NCBI GenBank assembly: GCA_002328025.1
Contig: DCVE01000014.1
Span: 69,882-133,881, forward strand
DNA length: 64,000 bases
Origin: Patescibacteria group bacterium UBA2196
GTDB lineage: Bacteria; Patescibacteriota; Patescibacteriia; UBA2196
Reading direction: 5' to 3'
Shown here: positions 9,612 through 18,534 of the stretch, one piece after another
How positions within the stretch are numbered: the stretch's first letter is position 1
Layout of the letters: each line of letters opens with the position of its first letter
The notes under the pieces: generated by a model
What the model saw: the letters and a program-made list of their open reading frames with translations, nothing else
Database searches by the model: none
What the model was told of the DNA's origin: nothing
Program-made: the position numbers and the translations under genes

Positions 9612-10385
9612 ATGGAAGAACAAAATTTAAGTTGCTGTGTTGAGTGGAAAAAACCAAAATTTATTCTTATGCTGGTTGGTATTTTGGTTTTAGGTGGGGT
9701 GATCATCGTTTCCATTCTACGCGATCGCATTGTCAATCAAAACATGAACCAAATTACCATTATAGGTCAGGCCAAGGTGGCTTACCAGCCTGATATTGCC
9801 ATGGTTAATTTGGGCGTGCAAATTGATAAGGCAGACAAGGCCGAAAACGCATTGTCGCAATTGAATGAGAAAGTTACCAAAATTATTACTGCCATCAAAG
9901 CAGTTGGTGTTGCCGAAGTCGATATCCAAACGCAAAATTATTCGCTCTATCCGCAGTATGATTATCAGGATAATGTTTCCCGGGTGTCGGGTTACAGTGC
10001 CAATCAACAATTGGTAATTAAGGTGCGTGGCATTGATAAAAATACGCAGCTAGTTAACAAGGTCATTGCCGATGCCAGTAAGGCCGGCGCCAATCAAATC
10101 AACGGCATAACTTTTGATGTTGCCAATGTGGATGATTTAAAACAGCAGGCTCGTTTAAAGGCCATTACTGATGCGCGTGTTAAAAGTGCAGATTTGGCCG
10201 CGGCTGCGGGCGTAACTTTAAAAGAAGTCGTTGGTTGGTATGAAAATATGTTGCAGGCTCCCACCAGTTATGATGCCGCTTATTATGGTGGTAAGGGCGG
10301 TGCCAGCGCTGGTGCCACGCCGCAAGTTACTGTGGGCAATCAGGAAATTATTGTAGAAATCGGGCTGAACTATAAAGTGCGGTAA
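9612..10385 (+). CDS. SIMPL (DUF541) domain protein
   Basis: TM then PDIAMVNLGV, DIQTQNYSLYPQYDY, GAN.I.GITF, AR.KA..DAR. Confidence 0.9.
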   Translation: MEEQNLSCCVEWKKPKFILMLVGILVLGGVIIVSILRDRIVNQNMNQITIIGQAKVAYQPDIAMVNLGVQIDKADKAENALSQLNEKVTKIITAIKAVGVAEVDIQTQNYSLYPQYDYQDNVSRVSGYSANQQLVIKVRGIDKNTQLVNKVIADASKAGANQINGITFDVANVDDLKQQARLKAITDARVKSADLAAAAGVTLKEVVGWYENMLQAPTSYDAAYYGGKGGASAGATPQVTVGNQEIIVEIGLNYKVR

Positions 10386-10415
10386 GTTTTAGAATCAAAA
10401 AAAATTAAATAATTT

Positions 10416-10450
10416 AAATGACTTCAAATCTTTTTGAGGTCATTTTTGTT
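10416..10450 (+). terminator. intrinsic terminator
   Basis: AAATGACTTCAAA / TTTGAGGTCATTT followed by T-rich tract. Confidence 0.7.
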
Positions 10451-10451
10451 T

Positions 10452-10480
10452 TTGACTAATTTAAAATAAAAAAGTATAAT
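10452..10480 (+). promoter_or_regulatory. sigma70-type promoter for valS
   Basis: TTGACT-17 bp-TATAAT. Confidence 0.65.
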
Positions 10481-10494
10481 AAATTCATAAAATT

Positions 10495-12993
10495 ATGCTA
10501 AAAGAAGGACCATACAACCCACAAGACCATGAAGAAAAAATTTACCAACTTTGGGAGCAAGGTGGTTTTTTTACACCAAGCATTGATCAAGATAAAAAAT
10601 CTTATAGTATTGTTTTGCCGCCACCTAACGTGACTGGTACTTTGCATATTGGACACGCCTTGATGTTGGCCATTGAAGATATTTTAATTCGTTATCACCG
10701 CATGCAAGGTCTTAGAACTTTGTGGTTACCAGGCACAGATCACGCGGCCATTGCCACCCAAAGCAAAGTGGAAAAAAAGATTTATAAAGAAGAGGGTAAG
10801 TCTCGTTATGATTTAGGTCGCGAAGATTTTTTAAAAAGAGTAGAAAAGTTTGCCCAGGAAAGTCATGATACAATTGTGCAACAAACTAAAAGAATGGGCG
10901 CGTCTTTGGATTGGAGCCGAGAGGCTTATACTTTGGATGAAGCGCGCAACAGAGCGGTGAATATGGCTTTTAAAACCATGCATGATGATGGATTAATTTA
11001 TCAGGGCGACAGAGTAATTAATTGGGATCCTAAAGGACAGACTACAATTTCGGATGATGAAGTTGTGCATGTAGAAAGAGAAGCTGCGCTTTACACTTTT
11101 AAATATAGCTCAGATTTTCCTTTTGCTATTGCCACCACTCGTCCAGAAACAAAATTAGGTGATACAGCAGTGGCAGTGCACCCCAATGATGAAAGGTATA
11201 AAAAATTTATTGGCCAAGAATATGATTTAGAATTTTGCAAAGAAAAATTGCATATAAAAATTATTGCTGATGAATCTGTTGATCCAGAATTTGGTACAGG
11301 AGCTCTTGGGGTTACACCAGCTCATAGTCATATTGATTGGGAAATTGCCCAAAGACATAATTTATCTTTAAAACAAATAATTGATGAGAAGACACGGATA
11401 ATTTCTGTTAATGAAAATCTGCAGGGCAAAAAAGTTGAAGAAGCCAGATCCATTATTGTTGAGTGGTTAAAAGAAAATAATCTTTTAATAAAAGAAGAAC
11501 CAATAAAACAAAATGTGGCCACCGCTGAAAGAACAGGAGCTTTAGTTGAACCATTGCCCAAAAAGCAATGGTTTGTGGCCGTGAATAAAGAATTTGTGAT
11601 GAAAGAATCTAAATTAAAAAATATAAAAACCGGTGAAAAGGTGACTTTAAAAAAGTTAATGCGTTCGGTGGTGGAATCTAGTGAAATAAAAATAATGCCC
11701 GAGCAGTTTGAAAAAATATATTTTCACTGGATTGATAATTTGCGTGACTGGTGTATATCAAGGCAAATTTGGTATGGACACCGGGTACCGGTTTACTATA
11801 AAGATCAAGAAATTTGTGTTGGTGCAGAAGCGCCGGTGGGCGACGGTTGGGAACAAGACCCTGACACTTTGGATACTTGGTTTTCTTCTGGCCTATGGAC
11901 TTTTTCCACTTTGGGCTGGCCGATTAATGAAGTGCGTCATTTTCACGAATCATTGGTTGATTTAATTATTAAAGGTGAAAAAGTAAAAACATATCGCTTT
12001 GATGATGAAAGTTACTGTGTTGGTCAGGTTTGGCAATTAGAAAATTCTCAAACACAAGAAAAGTTTGGCTATGCCAAAATCACTAAAGTCAGCCAAGCTA
12101 GATTTGGAGATATTGGATATGGCGCTGAAGGACATGAAAAATACGCTTCCCAAGAAGATATGTATGAAACTTTTAAAAGATACTACCCTGAGAAAGAAAT
12201 TACGGCCGATTCACTCACCTGGATTTATGAATTTGAGTATCAACAAAAGTCTGATTTAGAAACTTTTCACCCCACTGATGTTTTGGAAACCGGTTATGAT
12301 ATTTTATTTTTCTGGGTGGCCAGGATGATTTTGATGACAACGTATTTATTGGGTGACATTCCTTTTAAAACAGTTTATTTGCATGGCTTAATTCGCGATG
12401 CGGAAAGACAAAAAATGAGTAAATCCAAAGACAATGCCGTGGACCCGCTTAGTGTAATTGATGAGCAGGGCGCGGATGCTTTGCGTATGGCCATGGTTTT
12501 TGGCACTGGTCAAGGCAATGATGTGGTTATGACACCAGATAAAATTGTGGCGCAGAAAAAATTTGCCAATAAAATTTGGAATGCCAGCAAGTTTATTTTA
12601 AACAATTTAGGCCAAGAATTTAAACCCGCAGTGGTGAACATTGATCTGTTTAAAAATAGTGATGATAAAGACATTTTAGAAAAATTAGCAGCCACCGTTA
12701 AACAAACTGCCATCAATCTTGATAATTTTATGTTTCATGAGGCAGCTCAGGATATTTATCAATTTTTCTGGCATGATTTGTGTGATGTTTATTTAGAGTC
12801 GGTCAAATCCAGATTGTATGACGAAGAAGGGGAGAGCCAAGAAAATGCGCGCCAAGTTTTATACCACGTTTTGTTAAACAGTTTAAAACTTTTGCATCCA
12901 TTTATGCCGTTTATAACAGAAGTGGTTTATCAAGAATTACCTTATAAAAATAAACAAAGCTTGATTATTGAAGATTGGCCAGTGAATGTATAA
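10495..12993 (+). CDS. valS: valine--tRNA ligase with internal ASCH domain; no C-terminal coiled coil
   Basis: PPPNVTGTLHIGH, DWCISRQIWYGH, DTWFSS, DILFFWVARM, KMSKS; ~108-aa insert after LGWP; ends at IIEDWP. Confidence 0.95.
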   Translation: MLKEGPYNPQDHEEKIYQLWEQGGFFTPSIDQDKKSYSIVLPPPNVTGTLHIGHALMLAIEDILIRYHRMQGLRTLWLPGTDHAAIATQSKVEKKIYKEEGKSRYDLGREDFLKRVEKFAQESHDTIVQQTKRMGASLDWSREAYTLDEARNRAVNMAFKTMHDDGLIYQGDRVINWDPKGQTTISDDEVVHVEREAALYTFKYSSDFPFAIATTRPETKLGDTAVAVHPNDERYKKFIGQEYDLEFCKEKLHIKIIADESVDPEFGTGALGVTPAHSHIDWEIAQRHNLSLKQIIDEKTRIISVNENLQGKKVEEARSIIVEWLKENNLLIKEEPIKQNVATAERTGALVEPLPKKQWFVAVNKEFVMKESKLKNIKTGEKVTLKKLMRSVVESSEIKIMPEQFEKIYFHWIDNLRDWCISRQIWYGHRVPVYYKDQEICVGAEAPVGDGWEQDPDTLDTWFSSGLWTFSTLGWPINEVRHFHESLVDLIIKGEKVKTYRFDDESYCVGQVWQLENSQTQEKFGYAKITKVSQARFGDIGYGAEGHEKYASQEDMYETFKRYYPEKEITADSLTWIYEFEYQQKSDLETFHPTDVLETGYDILFFWVARMILMTTYLLGDIPFKTVYLHGLIRDAERQKMSKSKDNAVDPLSVIDEQGADALRMAMVFGTGQGNDVVMTPDKIVAQKKFANKIWNASKFILNNLGQEFKPAVVNIDLFKNSDDKDILEKLAATVKQTAINLDNFMFHEAAQDIYQFFWHDLCDVYLESVKSRLYDEEGESQENARQVLYHVLLNSLKLLHPFMPFITEVVYQELPYKNKQSLIIEDWPVNV

Positions 12994-13003
12994 AAAATAA
13001 AAA

Positions 13004-13036
13004 TCCCCGCCCTGAAATAAAACTCAGAAACGGGGA
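13004..13036. terminator. hairpin between convergent valS and orphan gene
   Basis: TCCCCG..CTGA / TCAG..CGGGGA, with an A-run on the left (U-tract for the minus strand). Confidence 0.55.
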
Positions 13037-13054
13037 CAAAGCAGGAGCAAATCC

Positions 13055-13597
13055 TCAGCCCTTGCGTCCTGCAATGTTAAGGACGAGGTTTCTGCGCCGC
13101 GATCCCGGTGGCAGAAAAAACTCCAGTACCATCATGCAGAACTCCCAGATCCAGTATTTCTTCTGGTACTGGTCTGGGCTGGAAAAGGTAAAAGTGTACC
13201 AGCCGTCTTTGTTTTCGGCTTTCCACTTTCTCTTTAGACGCAAGACCAAATGTGGCTTTAACGCCACAACGGTTAATTTTTTGAAGCCTCTTTCGCGGCA
13301 TATGCGGTTGGCCTCCGCAATTTCGTCCGCCGAGTCACGGGCGGCCATGTCCGCCCCCACTATAATTTTCACGTCGTAGTCCAGATTCATCATCCGCAGG
13401 GCCTCTTTTTTGTATATTTGGGCCTCAGACCGTGTGTCAGACGGGACAGTCCGCCCCACGGTCATGATAAGCGGACAGTAGCATTTCGTCCGGGCTTTTT
13501 TAATGCCCCAACGAAGCACATCAAGGCCTCTTGCTGGGACAATTGAGTCCTTTGGGCAATAGGTGTGCACCATAACCGCCTCGGTTACTCTCTTCAT
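13055..13597 (-). CDS. hypothetical protein, possibly divergent DUF218 (YdcF/ElyC-like)
   Basis: GGAGG SD 5 nt upstream and own promoter; LIMTVGRT..SEAQ..ARDSADE..LTVVALKPH loosely follows the DUF218 motif order. Confidence 0.6.
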   Translation of the reverse strand: MKRVTEAVMVHTYCPKDSIVPARGLDVLRWGIKKARTKCYCPLIMTVGRTVPSDTRSEAQIYKKEALRMMNLDYDVKIIVGADMAARDSADEIAEANRICRERGFKKLTVVALKPHLVLRLKRKWKAENKDGWYTFTFSSPDQYQKKYWIWEFCMMVLEFFLPPGSRRRNLVLNIAGRKG

Positions 13598-13658
13598 GTG
13601 ATCCTCCCGGGCTTTTTTGCCTGATTTTCAAAATTCAATGTTCACAATTTATAACGCG

Positions 13659-13687
13659 ATTATAGCTTATTATTATTATTATGTCAA
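13659..13687 (-). promoter_or_regulatory. sigma70-type promoter with (TAA)5 in the spacer
   Basis: Minus strand TTGACA-TAATAATAATAATAAGC-TATAAT (17-bp spacer). Confidence 0.8.
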
Positions 13688-13747
13688 TGTTTAATAGGTT
13701 TTTTTTGCTATAATTAGCTTAATTAATCTTTTAGCCTGAAAATATAA

Positions 13748-13786
13748 TTAGCACTCTTGACACGAGAGTGCTAATTTTTGTATAAT
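13748..13786 (+). promoter_or_regulatory. CIRCE operator overlapping the heat-shock operon promoter
   Basis: Perfect TTAGCACTC-N9-GAGTGCTAA at 13748-13774; TTGACA inside the spacer (13757-13762); TATAAT at 13781-13786. Confidence 0.95.
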
Positions 13787-13881
13787 TAAAACAATAATCT
13801 AAATCTGTATATAAATGGTTCTAAAAATATAAACCTGGTATATAAAATTTAGTTATATTTATTGCTAATATTAGCCAAAAT

Positions 13882-14556
13882 ATGTTATCGCGGCAGGATG
13901 AATTATTAAAAAGTATTGTTGAAGAATATCTAAAAACCGCTCAACCTGTGGGGTCCAAATTAATTGTGGATAAGTATTTAACTGATTTTTCTTCAGCCAC
14001 AGTTAGAAATGATATGGTTGAATTGGAGGAATTGGGCTTAATCTGTCAGCCGCACACTTCAGCCGGCCGTATCCCAACCGCCGAGGGTTATAAAAAATTT
14101 GTGGAAAATTATGTTGATTTTAACCAAGCTTTAAACATCAAAGAACAAGAAAAAATATTTACTTTGCTTTCTGCTAAAGAAGGTGAAGATAAAATTAAAC
14201 TCTTGGCCAAAATTTTGGCGGAAAAATCGGGTTTAGCGGTTTTTGTGGGTTTTAGCGCCAGTGATGTTTATTACACGGGTTTATCAAACATTTTTTCACA
14301 AAGCGAATTTAAAGATTTAAATTTGATTTATCACATTTCAACAGTGGTGGATCACCTTGATGAAGTTCTGCAGAAAATTTATAATAATAAGGGCGCGCCA
14401 GTTGAAATAAAAATTGGACATGAAAATCCCTTTGCGCGCGATTGCTCAACGGTTTTTGCTAAAATAAAAAATATTTTATTAGGTATTGTGGGACCCATGC
14501 GTATGGATTATCAAAAAAATGTCGAACTAATTAATTTTACTAGAAATATAATATAA
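13882..14556 (+). CDS. hrcA: heat-inducible transcription repressor (short form)
   Basis: YLKTAQPVGSK, SSATVRNDM, PHTSAGRIPT, GIVGPMRMDY; CIRCE upstream. Confidence 0.93.
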   Translation: MLSRQDELLKSIVEEYLKTAQPVGSKLIVDKYLTDFSSATVRNDMVELEELGLICQPHTSAGRIPTAEGYKKFVENYVDFNQALNIKEQEKIFTLLSAKEGEDKIKLLAKILAEKSGLAVFVGFSASDVYYTGLSNIFSQSEFKDLNLIYHISTVVDHLDEVLQKIYNNKGAPVEIKIGHENPFARDCSTVFAKIKNILLGIVGPMRMDYQKNVELINFTRNII

Positions 14557-14562
14557 TTTTTT

Positions 14563-15054
14563 ATGACGGATAATAAAAAAGAGGAACAAGAAAAAAAAAA
14601 TAAGATTGTTACAGATTTGAAATTACAGGCTGAAGAAAATTTAAATGGTTGGAAAAGAGCTCGCGCTGATTATGACAATCTAAAAAAAGAAACCCAAAAA
14701 GAAAGAGAAGAATTTGTTAAATTTGCCAATTTAAATTTAGTCATTGGCCTAATTCCGGTTTATGATAATTTAAAACTTTCTTTTCAGCACTTGCCAGAAG
14801 AATTAACTGACAATAGTTGGGTCAAAGGCATTTTGCACATTAAAAATCAATTTAAAGAAGTTTTAAATTTTAATGCTGTGGAAGAAATTATACCAAAAAT
14901 AGGTGACGATTTTAACCCAGAGTTGCACGAAGCGGTTGATAAGCAGGTAACTGAAATAACCGAAAAAAATAGCAATAAAATTAAAGAAATTTTAAGCGAT
15001 GGCTACAAGTTAAATGGTCGTGTTTTTAAACCAGCCCGAGTGATAGTAGAATAA
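14563..15054 (+). CDS. grpE: nucleotide exchange factor GrpE
   Basis: RARADYDN, FNPELHEAV, GYKLNGRVFKPARV. Confidence 0.95.
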   Translation: MTDNKKEEQEKKNKIVTDLKLQAEENLNGWKRARADYDNLKKETQKEREEFVKFANLNLVIGLIPVYDNLKLSFQHLPEELTDNSWVKGILHIKNQFKEVLNFNAVEEIIPKIGDDFNPELHEAVDKQVTEITEKNSNKIKEILSDGYKLNGRVFKPARVIVE

Positions 15055-15170
15055 TTTTTAATTTTCAATTTCTAATTCTCAAACAATGTCTTAATTATTC
15101 AATTTTTAATGATTGAAACATTAAAAATTAAGTTATTGGAAATTATTTAGAAATTAAAAATTAGAGATTT
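15053..15170. repeat. heptamer-periodic palindromic element, copy 2
   Basis: Left arm AATTTTT AATTTTC AATTTCT AATTCTC AAAC; right arm GGAAATT ATTT AGAAATT AAAAATT AGAGATT; homologous to 5002-5091. Confidence 0.7.
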
Positions 15171-15235
15171 ATAATTAATTAATCTCTCCGAGTGGTCACA
15201 TTATGACATCGGTGAGGTTCAAAGAATATATATAT

Positions 15236-15655
15236 ATGTCACTAGTTAAATGGACACCAATTTTACCAGATTCATTTGAAGATATGAATCATTGGTTTGA
15301 CTGGCCAACCTCAAAAATGTCTCTTAATTACGCACCAGCTATTGATATTTGGCAAGATCAAGACAATATCTATGCTGAATGTCCTTTGGTTGGAATTAAT
15401 CCCGCAGATGTATCAATCTCAATTGAAAACGATGTTTTAACCATCGAAGGTCAAAGTGAGAAAAAAAGTGAAGTTGATGAAAGAAATTATTATCGCAAAG
15501 AAGTACGCTATGGTTCTTTTCACCGTGTGGTGTCTTTGCCGGCAGCGGTTAATAGTGAACAGGCCAAGGCCGAGTACGAAAATGGTGTGTTAAAAGTTTC
15601 TATTCCTAAGGAAGCCAAAGCTAAACCCAAGACAGTCAAGGTAGAAGTCAAATGA
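15236..15655 (+). CDS. Hsp20/alpha-crystallin small heat-shock protein
   Basis: PAIDI, LTIEG, EVRYGSFHRVVSLP, AEYENGVLKVSIPK; ATG 15236 preferred. Confidence 0.93.
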   Translation: MSLVKWTPILPDSFEDMNHWFDWPTSKMSLNYAPAIDIWQDQDNIYAECPLVGINPADVSISIENDVLTIEGQSEKKSEVDERNYYRKEVRYGSFHRVVSLPAAVNSEQAKAEYENGVLKVSIPKEAKAKPKTVKVEVK

Positions 15656-15681
15656 TAAATTGAAAATAAAATATTTTAATT

Positions 15682-15727
15682 TTACCATCCCGCAGTGTGA
15701 TTATTTAGTGTGGCTGTGGGATGGTAA
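15682..15727 (+). other. strong intergenic stem-loop (15-bp stem)
   Basis: TTACCATCCCGCAGT / GCTGTGGGATGGTAA; no adjacent U-tract. Confidence 0.6.
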
Positions 15728-15736
15728 GTGCCTTTT

Positions 15737-16075
15737 ATGTCTAAAAAAAATATTACTGAATATGCATTAAAGTTAATAAAAAACTGTCCAGCCTGTGGAG
15801 TAGATTATAAAATAGAAAACATTAACACAGTGGAAGAAAATGATGAAGATTTTTTGGTTTGTTTTTCCTGCTCGGCCTGTCAAAGCTCGCTTTTATCCCG
15901 AGTGATGACCATGCCTTTTGGGTTGGTTGGCTCAGCCATTTTGACCGATTTAAAAGCTGAAGAGATTAATAAGTTTAAAGACAGTGAGCCAGTTACAGCT
16001 AATGATGTTTTAAGCATATATGAAAGACTTGAGTTTGGACGCAAAAAAAATAATAATTACAAAATAAACAGTTAA
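15737..16075 (+). CDS. hypothetical zinc-ribbon-like protein
   Basis: CPAC...CSAC pairs; lies inside the dnaK operon; ATG at 15737. Confidence 0.75.
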   Translation: MSKKNITEYALKLIKNCPACGVDYKIENINTVEENDEDFLVCFSCSACQSSLLSRVMTMPFGLVGSAILTDLKAEEINKFKDSEPVTANDVLSIYERLEFGRKKNNNYKINS

Positions 16076-16105
16076 TCATATAAATAATTAATTAAAAATA
16101 ACTTT

Positions 16106-18010
16106 ATGTCAAAAATTCTCGGTATTGATCTTGGCACCACTAATTCCTGTATGGCCATTATGGAAGGTGGCGCGCCAAAAATTTTAGAAAATAAAGAAGG
16201 CAATCGCACCACGCCTTCCATTGTGGCCATTAATAAAGCCAATGAAAGACTGGTTGGTTTGTTAGCTAAACGTCAAGCAGTGACTAATCCAACCAACACA
16301 TTATTTTCCATTAAACGTTTAATTGGCCGACGTTTTGAGGATGAAGAAGTGCAAAGAGATTTAAAAAACATGCCTTTTAAAATCAAACAAGCTGGGGCGG
16401 GTGTTAAAATTGAGATGAGCGGCAAAGACTATACTCCACAAGAGATCTCAGCTATGGTTTTAGGAAAACTAAAAGCTGATGCGGAAGAAAAGTTAGGTGA
16501 AAAAATTATTGAAGCAGTGATTACTGTGCCAGCCTATTTTGATGATGCCCAAAGACAAGCCACCAAAGAAGCTGGCGAAATTGCTGGTTTGACTGTCAAG
16601 AGAATTATTAATGAGCCGACAGCTGCGGCATTGGCTTATGGCTTTGATAAAAAGAAAGGTCAGCAAATCGCTGTCTATGATTTGGGTGGTGGAACTTTTG
16701 ATATTTCCATATTAGATATTTCCGCTGATACTGTAGAAGTTAAATCAACCAATGGCGACACGCATTTGGGTGGTGACGATTTTGACCAAAGAATTATGAC
16801 TTGGATTTTGGATGAATTTAAAAAACAAGAGGGCATTGATATTTCTAAAGATCCGATGGCTTTACAAAGAGTTAAAGAAGCAGCAGAAAAAGCCAAGATT
16901 GAGCTGTCCACTGCTGGTGATACTGAAATTAACCAACCATTTATTACTTCTGGTGCCGAAGGGCCAAAACATTTATTATTAAAAATGTCTCGCGCTAAAC
17001 TTGAAGAATTAGTCGGCGATTTGGTGCAGAGTACTTTAGAGCCAACAAAAAAAGCCTTGGCTGACGCAGGTTTGAAAGTTTCAGATATTGAAGAAGTGGT
17101 CATGGTTGGTGGAATGACTAGAATGCCTTTGGTCCAGCAAACAGTAGAAAAGTTTTTTGGCAAAAAACCCAACATGACTGTTAATCCTGATGAAGTGGTG
17201 GCAGCTGGCGCCGCTGTACAAGCCGGTGTTTTACAAGGCGATGTTAAGGACGTTTTACTTTTAGACGTGACGCCCTTAACTTTAGGTATTGAAACTTTGG
17301 GTGGCGTGGCTACACCCTTGATTGATAGAAATACCACCATTCCAACTTCAAAATCGCAAGTCTTTTCCACTGCTGCTGATAATCAACCTAGTGTTGAAAT
17401 TCATATTTTACAAGGTGAGCGTCCTATGGCCACGGATAATAAAACTTTGGGTAGATTTATTTTAGATGGTATTCCACCAGCTCCACGTGGCATTCCACAG
17501 GTGGAAGTTAGTTTTGATATTGATGCTAATGGTATTTTAAATGTCAAAGCTAAAGATAAAGCGACTGGTAAAGAACAAAAAATTACCATCACTGCTTCCA
17601 CTGGACTTTCAAAAGATGAAGTGGAAAGAATGAAAAAGGAAGCTGAGTCACACGCCGAAGAAGACAAAAAAAAGAAAGAACAGATTGAAATTAAAAATAT
17701 GGCGGAAACTCTTTACTACACCACAGAAAAAACACTAAAAGACAATGCAGATAAAATTGATACCAACATCAAAAAAGATGTGGAAGAAAAATTAGAAGTT
17801 TTAAAAAAAATCAAAGATACTGATGATGTAGAAGCAATTAAAAAAGCCACCGAAGAATTATCTACCTCTGCGCAAAAAATTGGGGAAGCCATGTATAAAG
17901 CTTCGCAAGCCGGCTCAAACCCAGAGGGTCAGCCAGCGGGTGATGAAGAACCCGCCTCCTCAGCTGATAAAAAGCCAGAAGAAGCTCAGTATGAAGAAGT
18001 TAAAAAATAA
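16106..18010 (+). CDS. dnaK: chaperone DnaK
   Basis: [31 protein letters not shown]. Confidence 0.99.
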   Translation: MSKILGIDLGTTNSCMAIMEGGAPKILENKEGNRTTPSIVAINKANERLVGLLAKRQAVTNPTNTLFSIKRLIGRRFEDEEVQRDLKNMPFKIKQAGAGVKIEMSGKDYTPQEISAMVLGKLKADAEEKLGEKIIEAVITVPAYFDDAQRQATKEAGEIAGLTVKRIINEPTAAALAYGFDKKKGQQIAVYDLGGGTFDISILDISADTVEVKSTNGDTHLGGDDFDQRIMTWILDEFKKQEGIDISKDPMALQRVKEAAEKAKIELSTAGDTEINQPFITSGAEGPKHLLLKMSRAKLEELVGDLVQSTLEPTKKALADAGLKVSDIEEVVMVGGMTRMPLVQQTVEKFFGKKPNMTVNPDEVVAAGAAVQAGVLQGDVKDVLLLDVTPLTLGIETLGGVATPLIDRNTTIPTSKSQVFSTAADNQPSVEIHILQGERPMATDNKTLGRFILDGIPPAPRGIPQVEVSFDIDANGILNVKAKDKATGKEQKITITASTGLSKDEVERMKKEAESHAEEDKKKKEQIEIKNMAETLYYTTEKTLKDNADKIDTNIKKDVEEKLEVLKKIKDTDDVEAIKKATEELSTSAQKIGEAMYKASQAGSNPEGQPAGDEEPASSADKKPEEAQYEEVKK

Positions 18011-18026
18011 TTTATAATTTGAATTT

Positions 18027-18053
18027 TAGGGACAGGTTTTAAACCTGTCCTTA
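18027..18053. repeat. REP-like palindrome / stem-loop
   Basis: TAGGGACAGGTTT-T-AAACCTGTCCTTA; similar to 28299-28325. Confidence 0.5.
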
Positions 18054-18075
18054 TAATCATAATAAAATAAAATTT

Positions 18076-18357
18076 ATGTCAAACCCAACCCCACAAGAAA
18101 TCAAAATTCAAGACAATTTTCCTGGTGGCGAATATGCCAATGCTATGCAAGTTTCTCATAACAAAGAGGAATTTATTTTAACGTTTTTAAATATTTTACC
18201 GCCCTCTGGCCGCGTGGCTGGAAAAATTATTACCAATCCAGGCCACATGAAAAGAATGGTCGCCGCTTTAAAAGAAAATTTAGAAAAATATGAAACGCAA
18301 TTTGGAAAAATTGAAGAAGCTCAAGCACCGGAAAAAGAGCTTGGATTTAAGGGATAG
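18076..18357 (+). CDS. DUF3467 family protein
   Basis: GEYAN...H..EEFILTF...I.TNPGHMKR....LKENLEKYE..FGKI. Confidence 0.85.
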   Translation: MSNPTPQEIKIQDNFPGGEYANAMQVSHNKEEFILTFLNILPPSGRVAGKIITNPGHMKRMVAALKENLEKYETQFGKIEEAQAPEKELGFKG

Positions 18358-18360
18358 GTA

Positions 18361-18523
18361 AAATTTTAAAATCCAAATTTTAAATTTTAAAATAAATCCA
18401 AAATCAAAATTTTAAAATCCAAGACAATGATATGTAAATAAACGTAGATTAATTAGGTTGTCTTTAAATTTAAAATTGAATATTTAAAATTATTTTAAAA
18501 TTTGAGTTTTAAAATTTAAAATT
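18361..18523. repeat. heptamer-periodic palindromic element, copy 3 (divergent)
   Basis: AAATTTT/AAAATCC units on the left, inverted units on the right; inner stem AAGACAA (18421-18427) / TTGTCTT (18458-18464). Confidence 0.65.
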
Positions 18524-18534
18524 AAAGCGTTTAT

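Noticed and set aside
12975-13379. 134-aa plus-strand ORF and 74-aa minus-strand ORF
   Set aside because: Overlap the 180-aa gene that has promoter, SD and terminator; the plus ORF runs through the terminator.
13864-13875. Palindrome GCTAATATTAGC just before hrcA
   Set aside because: Short and AT-rich, with CIRCE-like half-sites in the wrong orientation; plausible by chance.
16675-17667. Long antisense ORFs (231 aa, 88 aa) opposite dnaK
   Set aside because: Shadow frames of a highly conserved gene, with no independent signals. The same applies to the other short overlapping ORFs in the track.
5002-18523. AT-rich repeats considered as CRISPR arrays or replication origin
   Set aside because: No repeat-spacer alternation, no cas genes, no cluster of DnaA boxes or dnaA.
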